Origin: Candidatus Poribacteria bacterium
GTDB taxonomy: Bacteria > Poribacteria > WGA-4E > PCPOR2b
Assembly: GCA_965116925.1 (NCBI GenBank)
Contig: OZ220744.1
Coordinates: forward strand, 3,040,001-3,104,000
Direction of reading: 5' to 3'
Length of the DNA stretch: 64,000 nt
Position numbers and translations under genes: made by a program. The stretch's first letter is position 1. Every line of letters starts with the position of its first letter. Below are positions 50,121 to 59,705 of the stretch, one piece after another. A model generated the notes under the pieces. The model had not been told where the DNA came from. It worked only from the letters and a program-made list of their open reading frames with translations, and searched no databases.

Positions 50121-50675
50121 TAGATATTATAGGGTCGCTTAGTTCTTCTGTAGGAGGGATCTCCGAATCCCGACATCTCACTAAATAGCCCTATAGATAT
50201 TATAGGGTCATTTATAGTGACTTCAAAAAATAAAGAAACACTGGCACCCCCCCGGTAGGTGCGGTTTGTAACCGCACCGGTTTGACGTGTCCCATTAATT
50301 CTAAAATCTACTATAGTTTTCCATTTTAGGCCATGTCCCGTTGTTCGTAGTCGCACATTCTATCCACACCCGGTAGGCGGGGCATCTGGTCTCCCCGCCG
50401 TTGGGCGTCGCGCGTTCATTGTACATTGTTAAGGTAGGTATGGCTGTCGTCTTTAATCCGTGTAATCCGTTAATCCGTGTTAATCCGAGATTCAAACAAT
50501 AATATCCGGAGAATTAAATAGCCCTATAGATATTCGCTCATGTTAAGATTCAGTGCAAAGAAACCGAATATTCGTAGGGGTTGGGTCACCCAACCCTTAC
50601 GGCGGGCGGGGAGACCCCGCCCCTACGATTTCGCTTCGTGCTTTGCACTTTTTTTTAATATCAGCCTAGATATTA
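50121..50675. mobile_element. Stack of MITEs: D (50130-50193), D (50203-50526, containing A at 50213-50315), B (50535-50666)
   Basis: TAGATATT(A) recurs at 50121, 50194, 50527 and 50667, bracketing the elements. Confidence 0.82.
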
Positions 50676-50748
50676 TGATGATCTTGACAACGCATAAGAG
50701 CGTATGCTATCCTTAATGTGATTTCATTCTAAGAAAACGTAAATATAG

Positions 50749-51834
50749 GTGATTAGATTGGGTACAAAAGTTATCGCTGCGATGAGCGGCGGTGTTGATA
50801 GTTCAGTGACTGCGGCATTGATGGTCGAAGCAGGCTATGATGTGATTGCAATTACCATGCGACTCGGTACGCACGACACAATTGAGATCGAGTCGGACAA
50901 GCCGAACTGCTGCTCGCTTGAGGGTGTCGAAGACGCGCGGCGGGTTGCCACACAGCTGGGGATACCGTTTTACGCCGTCAATTACGAGGAGACTTTCCGG
51001 CAGAGTATCGTTGATTACTTTGCTGATGAATACGTTTCTGGACGGACACCGAGTCCGTGCGTTATCTGTAATCAGGACCTGAAGTTTGGAAAACTGCTCG
51101 ATCTGGCTACGCAGTTAGAAGTTGATTACGTGGCGACGGGGCATTACGCCAGAATCGAACGTGAGCCAGAGACGGACCGCTATATCCTACGCAAAGGGCT
51201 TGACTCCCGCAAGGATCAGTCCTACTTCCTATTTTCCCTGACACAGGCGCAGTTGCGCCGAGCGTTGATGCCGCTCGGTGGGTATGAAAAGGATGAGGTA
51301 AGAGCGGTCGCGCGGAAATATCAGTTGCGGACAGCGGAGAAGCCGGAAAGCCAAGAGCTCTGCTTTATTGCGGACGATAACTACAAGCGATTTCTCAAGG
51401 ATCGGATCCCTGAAAAGATTCAGGAAGGCGATATCCTTGATCAAGAGGGGCGTGTGCTCGGAGAGCATCAGGGAATCCCGTTTTACACGGTTGGACAACG
51501 GAAAGGATTGGGGATCTCTGCCGAGACGCCTCTCTATGTCACTGAATTAAAGGTCCGCGACAACACCATCGTCGTTGGAAAGAACAAAGACCTCTTGGCG
51601 GATACGATGCAGGTTGAAGAGGTAAACCTCATCACGATGGATAAGCTGACCGAGCCGATTCGCACGGAGGTCAAGATTCGCTATAAAGATACAGGGGCAC
51701 CGGCGACCATTTATCCCCTGAACGACACAGAGGTAGAGGTCAAGTTTGATCAACCACGCCGTGCTGTGACCCCGGGACAGGCGGCGGTGTTCTACGATGG
51801 TGATACCGTCGTCGGGGGCGGTTGGATTAAGTAG
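50749..51834 (+). CDS. mnmA: tRNA 2-thiouridine(34) synthase
   Basis: AMSGGVDSS, TPSPCV.CN..LKF, ATGHYA, KDQSYFL, ESQELCF, TVGQRKGLG, VTPGQAAVFY. Confidence 0.97.
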   Translation: MIRLGTKVIAAMSGGVDSSVTAALMVEAGYDVIAITMRLGTHDTIEIESDKPNCCSLEGVEDARRVATQLGIPFYAVNYEETFRQSIVDYFADEYVSGRTPSPCVICNQDLKFGKLLDLATQLEVDYVATGHYARIEREPETDRYILRKGLDSRKDQSYFLFSLTQAQLRRALMPLGGYEKDEVRAVARKYQLRTAEKPESQELCFIADDNYKRFLKDRIPEKIQEGDILDQEGRVLGEHQGIPFYTVGQRKGLGISAETPLYVTELKVRDNTIVVGKNKDLLADTMQVEEVNLITMDKLTEPIRTEVKIRYKDTGAPATIYPLNDTEVEVKFDQPRRAVTPGQAAVFYDGDTVVGGGWIK

Positions 51835-51855
51835 ATTTGTCTGTGCAGATAGAAG

Positions 51856-52290
51856 ATGGACCTCCTCGAAGCACAACATCGAAAAATTATCATTATCCTT
51901 GTTATCGTGATACTCGCGGGCGGGGCATATTGGATGCTAAAGCATTTTCACCCCGCGCTTTTTCTCGGTGAACCCGATCTCGTTGTCGAGACGAAAGCAG
52001 CGCCACCTTTACCGGCACCATCCTCAACTCCTACCTCATCTGCTCCTTCTGTGTCTCCGCAACCTTCCGAAGAACTGTCTACACCGTCGGATGGATCGCG
52101 GATCAACATCAACACCGCAACGTCACAAGAGTTACAAACATTACCTCGCATTGGACCTGCGCTGGCGCAACGCATCATTGAATACCGTCAAACCTCCGGT
52201 GGGTTCTCCACTGTTGATGACCTCACAAATGTCAAAGGCATCGGGGAGAAAACGCTGGAGAAAATTCGGACTAGCATCACCGCCTATTAG
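51856..52290 (+). CDS. comEA: ComEA-family helix-hairpin-helix DNA-binding protein
   Basis: TM anchor, ININTAT..EL..LP.IGP.LA.RII.YR...G.F..V.DL..VKGIG. Confidence 0.85.
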   Translation: MDLLEAQHRKIIIILVIVILAGGAYWMLKHFHPALFLGEPDLVVETKAAPPLPAPSSTPTSSAPSVSPQPSEELSTPSDGSRININTATSQELQTLPRIGPALAQRIIEYRQTSGGFSTVDDLTNVKGIGEKTLEKIRTSITAY

Positions 52291-52385
52291 GCATCCGGTC
52301 AGAGAGTTTTTTTCATTTGAACCTTGATGCAGGTGTGCTATAATTTCCTAAACTTTGCAACCTTTTTTACAAGGAGGAATCAGTA

Positions 52386-52793
52386 ATGTCAACCCTCGTA
52401 CATGTCGGTGTCCGTGCCACCAATTTGGAAGCGACCATCCGATTTTGGCGCGATGCCCTCGGATTGAAAGTTTTTTCAACAATGGACGGCTGCTACGATC
52501 TCACCGATGGCTACCACAACTTCCGGGTCTTTCAGCACAATGGACCCGAAAGACCGCCGCACGTCGGTGGAATGTTAGACTATCTCCACATCGGTGTCCG
52601 TGTCCCAGACCTACAGGAAGCCGCCAAGCGGTGTGAGGCGAATGGGTTCACAATTATATCAGACGGGGTCGGCGGAGAGGAATACGATCCGAATTCGCCC
52701 CCAGACGAATCGTTCAAGGTGGAAGACCCTGACGGGATTGTAGTGGATGTGACGGCAGACGATGATCAGTGGCCAGGCGTCCAATCCCGATAA
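52386..52793 (+). CDS. VOC/glyoxalase family protein
   Basis: HVGVRATNLEA..RFW..ALGL, HIGVRV.D, EDPDG. Confidence 0.85.
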   Translation: MSTLVHVGVRATNLEATIRFWRDALGLKVFSTMDGCYDLTDGYHNFRVFQHNGPERPPHVGGMLDYLHIGVRVPDLQEAAKRCEANGFTIISDGVGGEEYDPNSPPDESFKVEDPDGIVVDVTADDDQWPGVQSR

Positions 52794-52817
52794 CAGACAA
52801 CATTTGGCATTGAGCAT

Positions 52818-52848
52818 AAGCCCTATGCACAATCCATAGGGCTTTTTT
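52818..52848 (+). terminator. Rho-independent terminator
   Basis: AAGCCCTATG-loop-CATAGGGCTT followed by a T run. Confidence 0.7.
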
Positions 52849-52957
52849 ATTTGCCTGATTGAACTTGTCATTGCCAACCGTTCTGTCGTGTATAGGCATA
52901 AAAAACGCTTGACATCCACTTTACTCATTTGGTATTATTCTATCCGCTCTCGATTGT

Positions 52958-53030
52958 GCCGAGGTAGCTCAGTAGGTAGAGCAGTGGACTGAAAATCCAT
53001 GTGTCGGCAGTTCAATTCTGCCCCTCGGCA
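52958..53030 (+). tRNA. tRNA-Phe(GAA), CCA not encoded
   Basis: GCCGAGG/CCTCGGC acceptor stem, anticodon loop CTGAAAA, T-loop GTTCAATT; promoter TTGACA 52909 / TATTAT 52933. Confidence 0.95.
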
Positions 53031-53080
53031 TCCCTATCCTCACGGTCTCATCATCTCTGTTGAGACCGTTTTCCTTATAT

Positions 53081-53157
53081 GCCGGTGTAGCTCAGTTGGT
53101 CAGAGCGGTTGATTCGTAATCAACAGGTCGGAGGTTCAAATCCTCTCACCGGCTCCA
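53081..53157 (+). tRNA. tRNA-Thr(CGT)
   Basis: GCCGGTG/CACCGGC acceptor stem, GTTGA-TTCGTAA-TCAAC anticodon arm, GTTCAAAT T-loop, encoded CCA. Confidence 0.95.
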
Positions 53158-53247
53158 TTTTCGCGCTTATCCCTCCTTCTATTCAATTCCGTATTACCGA
53201 AGATTTTAACTAGGTTGTAAAGAAGCATTATACCCTATCTGGGCTAC

Positions 53248-53273
53248 CTAAACTTTTCTTTACTTACTGCGTC
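53248..53273 (+). promoter_or_regulatory. Putative ECF promoter CTAAAC-N16-CGTC
   Basis: AAC/CGT pattern with 16-bp spacer just upstream of the ECF gene. Confidence 0.5.
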
Positions 53274-53291
53274 TACTACGGGACAAACGCC

Positions 53292-53864
53292 ATGAAAGAA
53301 GATCCAGATCGCTACCTCGTTAAAAGAGCACAATGCGGAGATACCCGCGCTTTTGGTGAGTTGGTTCAGAAGTATCAGAAACGGATTTACGAACTCGCTT
53401 ATAACTTTACTCACCATCCAGAGGATGCGTATGATCTGTCTCAGGAGATCTTCCTTAGGTGTTTCAAAGCACTGAATCGTTTTGAAAGCAAATCCACATT
53501 TTACACATGGATTTATCGGATTGCCAAAAATGCGTGTATCGATTATACACGCCGTCGCGCAAGTCATAAAAATATCTCTTTTGTCGAGGAATTCCCCGCT
53601 GACGATTTCCTATTCCCTTCGGGCGGCACCCAGGATGTTACAATGCACGGCTTAGAACAGGCAGAACTGGGCAGGGAAATTAGGAATGCAATCCAACAAT
53701 TATCTCCTCGTCAGAAGCAGGTGTTTATCTTGAGGCACTATGAAGGATTAGCACTTCGCGAAATTGCTGATACGCTCCATCTGCGGGTCGGCAGCGTCAA
53801 AGCCCATCTATTTAGCGCGACGCGAAAACTACGCGACCTACTTGCACCTTACTTAGAAAATTGA
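53292..53864 (+). CDS. ECF-family sigma factor
   Basis: GD..AF.ELV..YQ, DAYDLSQEIF, STFYTWIYRIA.N, EGL..REIA...VGSVK.HL. Confidence 0.95.
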   Translation: MKEDPDRYLVKRAQCGDTRAFGELVQKYQKRIYELAYNFTHHPEDAYDLSQEIFLRCFKALNRFESKSTFYTWIYRIAKNACIDYTRRRASHKNISFVEEFPADDFLFPSGGTQDVTMHGLEQAELGREIRNAIQQLSPRQKQVFILRHYEGLALREIADTLHLRVGSVKAHLFSATRKLRDLLAPYLEN

Positions 53865-53870
53865 TTCGTC

Positions 53871-54536
53871 ATGAAATGCAAATTAGCTAAAAAAATAATA
53901 TCAGCATACATTGAGGGAACGTTGTCTCCAAAACGGTCCCAGCGATTAGAACTTCATATTGACGACTGCCCTCACTGCCAAAAGGAATTGCGAACCTTTG
54001 AGGAAACAATCCATCATGCCAGTAGTCTGCCGGTGGAGTATCCGACGCCAGAAGCGTGGAAAGCATTTTGGCCCACTCTCCGTGTAAGGATTTCGCAAAG
54101 TCAAGCATTTGAGGAAAACCACCTTCCCCTTTGGGTCAGGAGGCATGGGTGGAAAATGGCAGGGGTGGCTTGCGTGCTGGCTCTCCTTTTAAGTTTTTGG
54201 GGACTTTCCAACAGCCGCTTATTCAAAACATCGACCGAAAATCCCACTTTTGATGCGTTAATCTCATCAAGCTTCATGGCTGAAATTCCTGTAGAACAGT
54301 TGCGAAAACAGGTAAATTATGAGCTTCAACGCCTAGATGTGCCTTTGGTTTGGGACAACCAGCGTTCGCTTATCGATGAAATTCGACTGCCAAATTCGGA
54401 GGCTTCCGCCGACATGGTCAACCAATGGTTCCATGTCATCACATCTGAAATTGACGTTGAGTCTGTTGGAACTGAAGTTTTCACTGACGCTATTCCTTCG
54501 ACGACAGATCGAATTGATTTTGTTACCTTGGATTAA
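53871..54536 (+). CDS. zf-HC2 transmembrane anti-sigma factor
   Basis: HIDDCPHC and one TM helix. Confidence 0.88.
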   Translation: MKCKLAKKIISAYIEGTLSPKRSQRLELHIDDCPHCQKELRTFEETIHHASSLPVEYPTPEAWKAFWPTLRVRISQSQAFEENHLPLWVRRHGWKMAGVACVLALLLSFWGLSNSRLFKTSTENPTFDALISSSFMAEIPVEQLRKQVNYELQRLDVPLVWDNQRSLIDEIRLPNSEASADMVNQWFHVITSEIDVESVGTEVFTDAIPSTTDRIDFVTLD

Positions 54537-54563
54537 AGAAACTCCCAAAGGAGGATACTATCT

Positions 54564-55115
54564 ATGAAACGCCGTTACCTACTATTGCTCTCAGTGATCC
54601 CCGTGGTACTCGCATTGGTGTTCTTGATTCCTCTCATCAAAGCAGACGCTCCGTCGCCCCGATCAACAACGCCAAGCGAATTGGCTGAATTGGTCGAGAC
54701 CCTCAAAATTTGGAAATTGGTTGATGCAGTTTCGCCAACAGCGGAGCAAACGGTGCCTTTGTTAACCCAATTCAACAAGTTGGAAAAATTAAAAATGCAG
54801 TATCGGCAGGAACATCGGCAGAGTATGAACCGGTTGAAACAGCTAAAAACTACCGTGCTTGGTTCTCAAGCAGGACCCGCTGAGCTACAAACTGCCTTAA
54901 CGCACCACAGCGAAGTCGAAAATGGGTTTATCGCTGAAAGACAAAAAATCATGGAAGAGATTAATCGGATCCTGACTGTTGAGCAACAAGCCCAATTTAT
55001 CCTTTTCAGCTATAGCTATCGTCAGGAGTTGAAGAAAACGTTGCAGACCTTGATTGTCATGCAAGAGCAAGGAAAGGCAAAAGATATACTTGCGGCTAAA
55101 TCCGTAATCAAATAA
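54564..55115 (+). CDS. Exported helical protein, Spy/CpxP-like
   Basis: Signal peptide, 'ILTVEQQAQF' (LTxxQ motif), third gene of the ECF operon. Confidence 0.6.
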   Translation: MKRRYLLLLSVIPVVLALVFLIPLIKADAPSPRSTTPSELAELVETLKIWKLVDAVSPTAEQTVPLLTQFNKLEKLKMQYRQEHRQSMNRLKQLKTTVLGSQAGPAELQTALTHHSEVENGFIAERQKIMEEINRILTVEQQAQFILFSYSYRQELKKTLQTLIVMQEQGKAKDILAAKSVIK

Positions 55116-55118
55116 CAA

Positions 55119-55274
55119 TAGGAGTTACGCACTTCAGATTGTAGTTGCCCGATTCATCGGGCGTATCGGCGTGTGGTACAACCTACATTCGTCGTAGGCG
55201 GGGCATCTGGTTTCCCCGCATTGGGGATGAAGCATTGAACGACAACACCTCATCGTTCAACTGCGTAAGTCTTA
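55119..55274 (+). mobile_element. MITE family C with GTAG-REP hairpins
   Basis: TAGGAGTTACGCACTTCAG...ACTGCGTAAGTCTTA. Confidence 0.72.
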
Positions 55275-55284
55275 CTAGAAAAAG

Positions 55285-55323
55285 AAAAGCCGTCTTAAAG
55301 AGTGTCTTTGAGACGGCTTTTTT
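55285..55323. terminator. Bidirectional terminator between convergent genes
   Basis: AAAAGCCGTCT..AAAG/CTTTGAGACGGCTTTTTT. Confidence 0.7.
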
Positions 55324-55376
55324 ATTTGGTATCAATTGGCTTGCTATTTTTTGGTACTAATAATCTTTTTCATTAC

Positions 55377-56126
55377 CTAAATTTCTGAAGACCACTGCCA
55401 ACACCTCAATTCCCAATCATGTCCCTTTACCGCAAGTGCCCCTGCATAACCGGGCGCAGGGTTTAACGCTTGTAGAGACCAATGGGCAGTTTCTTGGGGA
55501 TGGTTGTGGGTACGCAGCAACGCTGCCGGTTCCCCCGGCGTCAGCGAAACATCAAACGCACTCAAAGGAATAGACATCCCTCTCCCTTCCGCTTTGATAT
55601 AGGCTTCCTTGCGCGTCCAACAGTTAAAGAATCCCTCTTTCTGTAAGTGTTGGGGAAGTGCGCGGAGCACAGCCGCCTCTCGTGGTGAGAAGAATCGCTC
55701 GGCGAGTTTTTCCGCTTCAACATCGGGACGAAAATACTCGATATCAACCCCAATCTCCCTACCGCGAGTGACGGCGTAAAGAGCCATTTCATGGGAGTGA
55801 GATAGGTTGAAACAGAGGCCTTCCGTACCAGTCTCCTCGGTCAAGTCTGGCTTCCCATACGAATTATAGCGGAAACGCAGATGGGCCGGTTCTTTGTCCA
55901 GATAACGACTCAAGATATTCCGCAGCAGCCCACGTCCAGCGATAAAGTGCTCTCGGTGCTTCTGAAAGTAGAACCTTTCCGCTCTGGCACGTTCGTCCAC
56001 CGCAAGCGTATCCTCAAGGGTACGCAGCGCGGAGGCGGACACATGCAAGGAGGCCCGCCAAACATGGACGGCATTATTGGATAGTACAAGGGTTTTGGGT
56101 GGCGAATCCCATGAAGAAAAGGGCAT
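55377..56126 (-). CDS. Sfp/HetI-type 4'-phosphopantetheinyl transferase
   Basis: YGKP, FNLSHS, IGVDIE, FFNCWTRKEAYIKA.G.G. Confidence 0.93.
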   Translation of the reverse strand: MPFSSWDSPPKTLVLSNNAVHVWRASLHVSASALRTLEDTLAVDERARAERFYFQKHREHFIAGRGLLRNILSRYLDKEPAHLRFRYNSYGKPDLTEETGTEGLCFNLSHSHEMALYAVTRGREIGVDIEYFRPDVEAEKLAERFFSPREAAVLRALPQHLQKEGFFNCWTRKEAYIKAEGRGMSIPLSAFDVSLTPGEPAALLRTHNHPQETAHWSLQALNPAPGYAGALAVKGHDWELRCWQWSSEI

Positions 56127-56201
56127 CGGTTTTTCCTCAGCCGAATTGCGTTGGATTTCAGCTTCACAATAACTCGGTCAAAATCTGACAGGAAACGAAA
56201 A

Positions 56202-57146
56202 TCAGTTGCCGAACCGTGCCTCATATTTCTCCCATACCTCATCGGAAAGAGGTACGCTCGCTGCTCGTGCGTTTGCTTCCAACTGCTCAACGTTCAACGA
56301 ACCGATATTATTCCCATGAATCCGATCGTCTAGCAGGCAGAACTGAAGGGCTAATTGGAGCAGATCTACTCCCTCCTCCTGACACCATTTCCATCTTTCC
56401 CTCGCAGATTCGAGGTCGGGGTGATTTGCCCATCGCCCTTGCGCCACTTCTGCGTCAATATCAACCCCGGTCAGCAAGCCACGCAGGATTGACCAGCCGT
56501 TCATTACACCGACATCCGCTTCAGCGGCGGCGGGTAGAACCGTATCCGCGGCGGTTTGACGAGCCAAGTTATAATCGTTGAAGCACAAGAGAAGATCAAC
56601 ATCGCCGGTGGCAATTGTTTTCAGATGGAAATCGTGTGGGCGCATCCCGTATCCGACAAAATGAACTAGCCCCCGCCCTTTGCACCGTAATACACCATCC
56701 AACGTCCCACCCTTCTCAAGCGTCGGTTCAATTTCGGACGGATCATGGATCAACATACCATCGAAATAGTCTGTACCGAGCAACTGCAGCTGATCTTCGA
56801 CATCCGCAACCGCACGCTCGGCGGAATAATCGGGCCTTCCCTCACCGTAACCGCCCCATTCCGCTGCAGAGTGGCAACACAGGCGTCCGGTGATTATCAC
56901 GTCCTCGCGTGGAATCTCCTTCAACGCCAAGCCGAGTTTACGCATCGAATCCCCATAGCAGCGAGCGCAGTCGAAATGGTTGACACCGATACTGATGGCA
57001 TATTTGATGAGCGCGATGGCATCCTCATCAGAGACAAAACCGAAATGGTTGCCGAACCCTTGCGTTCCGAAAGGAACGACGGGGATGCTCAACTCTGTCC
57101 GTCCCAAACGGCGGCGCGGTATAGATAGTGTTGCATGTGTCGCCAT
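56202..57146 (-). CDS. Aldo/keto reductase family protein
   Basis: RRLGRT, FDCARCYG, LQLLGTDYFD..LIH. Confidence 0.88.
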   Translation of the reverse strand: MATHATLSIPRRRLGRTELSIPVVPFGTQGFGNHFGFVSDEDAIALIKYAISIGVNHFDCARCYGDSMRKLGLALKEIPREDVIITGRLCCHSAAEWGGYGEGRPDYSAERAVADVEDQLQLLGTDYFDGMLIHDPSEIEPTLEKGGTLDGVLRCKGRGLVHFVGYGMRPHDFHLKTIATGDVDLLLCFNDYNLARQTAADTVLPAAAEADVGVMNGWSILRGLLTGVDIDAEVAQGRWANHPDLESARERWKWCQEEGVDLLQLALQFCLLDDRIHGNNIGSLNVEQLEANARAASVPLSDEVWEKYEARFGN

Positions 57147-57160
57147 AGATCACTCCTTGA

Positions 57161-57389
57161 AAACATAGACTGATTTTCGCAAAAAAGATTTCTTGACAAT
57201 ATCCCAATTCTATATCGGATTTTGATCCGCTGCAAGCAAATTCTAATAGTAGTAGGCATACTCCGTATGCCGTAAAAACATAGACTGGTTTCCCTAAAAA
57301 GATTTCTTGACAATATCCCAATTCTATATCGGATTTTGATCCGCTGCAAGCGAATTCTAATAGTAGTAGGCATACTCCGTATGCCGTAA
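57161..57389. repeat. Tandem direct duplication, two units of about 114-115 bp
   Basis: Units start at 57161 and 57276, nearly identical, each ending in GTAGTAGGCATACTCCGTATGCC. Confidence 0.9.
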
Positions 57390-57420
57390 CCTGCAGGACG
57401 GGCATCTTGCCCAACCCATT

Positions 57421-58386
57421 TCAAGCGGGATCCTGCTTCCCCGGCGCATCCAAGCCCACATCCACCAACGCTCCAAATAGCTCTTCAATCCGTCCGAGAT
57501 CGGCTGCTGGCAAAGGACCGCTCAAAATCGAGTCGATATTGGATTGCAGATGCGTCGGGCTGCCCGTACCAAAGAGTATCACATCCGTACCGGGTTCATG
57601 ACGGCAATACCGGTATGCTGCGTCGATAACCGTGCAAGCACCGCCCGAACGAATCAGAAAACCGAGTGGATGCTCCCTCTCTGCTAGCCAAGCGGGCAAT
57701 TTCCCTTCGTTTATCAGTTGCATAACCACGTGGTTCAATCTGCCCGGTTTGCTGAACAACAACCGCACAGCGAACATATTCAACACGCCGATCCCTTTCG
57801 CTAGGGTATGTTTGAAAATCTTCTCACGTGCCGACTGGTGCATGAGATGGAAAGCGACCATCACCACATCAAAGTAATCCTGTTGCACCGCCCGTGTAAG
57901 TGTTTCATGATGAGGGTCTTTGGGGGGAACCTCCGTGATACCGAGAAAACGGAATTTCCCTTTCTCTCGCTCCCGTAGCAGCGCAGGGACTATTTTTTCC
58001 ACAGCATAATCGTAGACCCCGGGTTGTACGCCGTGCAGGTGAAACACATCCACATACGTCAGATCCATCTTCCGCAAAGAGGCTTCCAATTCGCTGACCA
58101 CCTGTGCAGGTAGTTTGCGACCTGTGTCATCGGCGAGCGTGGTCTTCGTCGAAATCACCAATTCGTCCCGATTTCGTCCCTTCAGTGCCTTGCCAACGAT
58201 GGTTTCTGTGCGATAGTTCCGCGCTGTGTCGATGAAGCTGACCCCTAGATCCATGGCTTGTTGGACTATCGCAATAGATTGGGCTTCACTTCTACCGGTT
58301 GACTGACCCAACCGGCTATATCCACCGCAGCCAAGTCCAGCCACGCTTACTTGAATTCCTGTTTTACCGAGTGTTGTATATTGCAT
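57421..58386 (-). CDS. Aldo/keto reductase family protein
   Basis: MQY..LGKTG..VS..GLG, FIDTARNY, ISTK, YVDVFHLH. Confidence 0.9.
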   Translation of the reverse strand: MQYTTLGKTGIQVSVAGLGCGGYSRLGQSTGRSEAQSIAIVQQAMDLGVSFIDTARNYRTETIVGKALKGRNRDELVISTKTTLADDTGRKLPAQVVSELEASLRKMDLTYVDVFHLHGVQPGVYDYAVEKIVPALLREREKGKFRFLGITEVPPKDPHHETLTRAVQQDYFDVVMVAFHLMHQSAREKIFKHTLAKGIGVLNMFAVRLLFSKPGRLNHVVMQLINEGKLPAWLAEREHPLGFLIRSGGACTVIDAAYRYCRHEPGTDVILFGTGSPTHLQSNIDSILSGPLPAADLGRIEELFGALVDVGLDAPGKQDPA

Positions 58387-58541
58387 AGTTTTTAATAGAT
58401 GAGGTGTTGACTCATATAAAAAGAGACTGCAGCGCATGAAGATAAACCGAGTTTTTTCGGCAAAACTCGGTTTCTGTTGCACGATTTCTTTACATGAACC
58501 GAAAATTTATCTGATTCCTTAATCCTCAAGTACCGTAATAA

Positions 58542-59369
58542 TCACTTCAACCCCAATTCCACCCAAGTAGACACCAACCGCTGAATACGTGGGTTATCAC
58601 TCTGGAGGAAGGCGTCTGAGAACACCCGTCCCGGGGGTTTGTGCTGAGTCTGCTCCATCAGGTTTAGGATCCCTTGATAATCCTTCTTCAATAGCGCGAT
58701 GTGTTCTGGAAGCGTCGGCTCAGGTGTAAAATTTAACGCTAAATGCCGCCTGCCGGGTTTACCGCCAAAAGAGGCGTGCCAGAGATTCATGTTTAAAAAA
58801 AAGATGTCTCCGGGCTGTGACTCCAACGGAAAGGACGGCACCTCGGATCCGGGGAGGTCAATCTGCGGGGTTGGACGATCCGCGGGTCCCTCGCGGTCCC
58901 CCAAATGCTTGAGGTCATCGTGCAACGGCGACCGCTGCGAACCGGGGATCACACGCAAGCAGCCGGTGTCTCTCGTAAGCGGATCCAGATACAACGAAAC
59001 CTTTATAAAAAAATAGTCTTGTGTACTACCACCATCTGGATGCCATTTCGTATCCCCAAGATAATGATGTCCTTCGGAGCAGAGCCAGCGGCAACCATCT
59101 CCCAACAACTGACAGACCGTCTCGTAAATGCGGTCATCCGCCACAAGCTCTGTCAGGATCGGATGTCTCTCCGCAATTCCATAAACCGACTGTAGCCGAT
59201 GGTATCTCGACTGCTGCTTTTCGTCTAGCGAAGGTTGACCGCGCCGGTCTTCCTCAAGCAGGTCGTCGAAACCCCGGCTAATCTCCGTCATCTCGTTGGA
59301 AGAGAACGCTCGGGGCAACGCCAAGAAACCAAACGTTTGGAAGTGGGCAATCTGTTCTGCTGTTATCAC
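58542..59369 (-). CDS. PhyH-family Fe(II)/2OG dioxygenase
   Basis: EQIAHF.TFGFL, WHPD, GCLRVIPGS, PGD..F..NLWHAS. Confidence 0.88.
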   Translation of the reverse strand: MITAEQIAHFQTFGFLALPRAFSSNEMTEISRGFDDLLEEDRRGQPSLDEKQQSRYHRLQSVYGIAERHPILTELVADDRIYETVCQLLGDGCRWLCSEGHHYLGDTKWHPDGGSTQDYFFIKVSLYLDPLTRDTGCLRVIPGSQRSPLHDDLKHLGDREGPADRPTPQIDLPGSEVPSFPLESQPGDIFFLNMNLWHASFGGKPGRRHLALNFTPEPTLPEHIALLKKDYQGILNLMEQTQHKPPGRVFSDAFLQSDNPRIQRLVSTWVELGLK

Positions 59370-59446
59370 AACGATTCTCCTAGGTCAACTGTCTGTCCGC
59401 GAACTTCGGGCATCTTAATCCGATTTGCAAAAAGGGGTTGACAAAC

Positions 59447-59474
59447 GTAGGGAACGCAGATCTGCGTTCCCTAC
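59447..59474. repeat. Perfect 28-bp GTAG palindrome, identical to 30764-30791
   Basis: GTAGGGAACGCAGATCTGCGTTCCCTAC. Confidence 0.85.
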
Positions 59475-59705
59475 AACCCTTACTTAATTTATTATATCAA
59501 TTCCCTATTGAAATGTGTCGCAAATTTGCTTGCACCAAGGATATTAACGATGAAATTTCCATTTAGGATACTTTAAGATTTTTCAAAATCAAATCCAAAA
59601 AGCATTGCTTTCTAATCTGACCTCGTGATATTCTAATCGCCGCAGGTTTCGCAACGAGGTAAGAAGCCCCTTTACGCATGTTTCCACTTACATAAAGGAG
59701 TCAAA

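Noticed and set aside
52958..53157. tRNA-anchored genomic island
   Set aside because: No integrase, and I found no duplicated tRNA 3' end in the window
55377..56126. Biosynthetic gene cluster around the PPTase
   Set aside because: No PKS, NRPS or carrier-protein genes in the window
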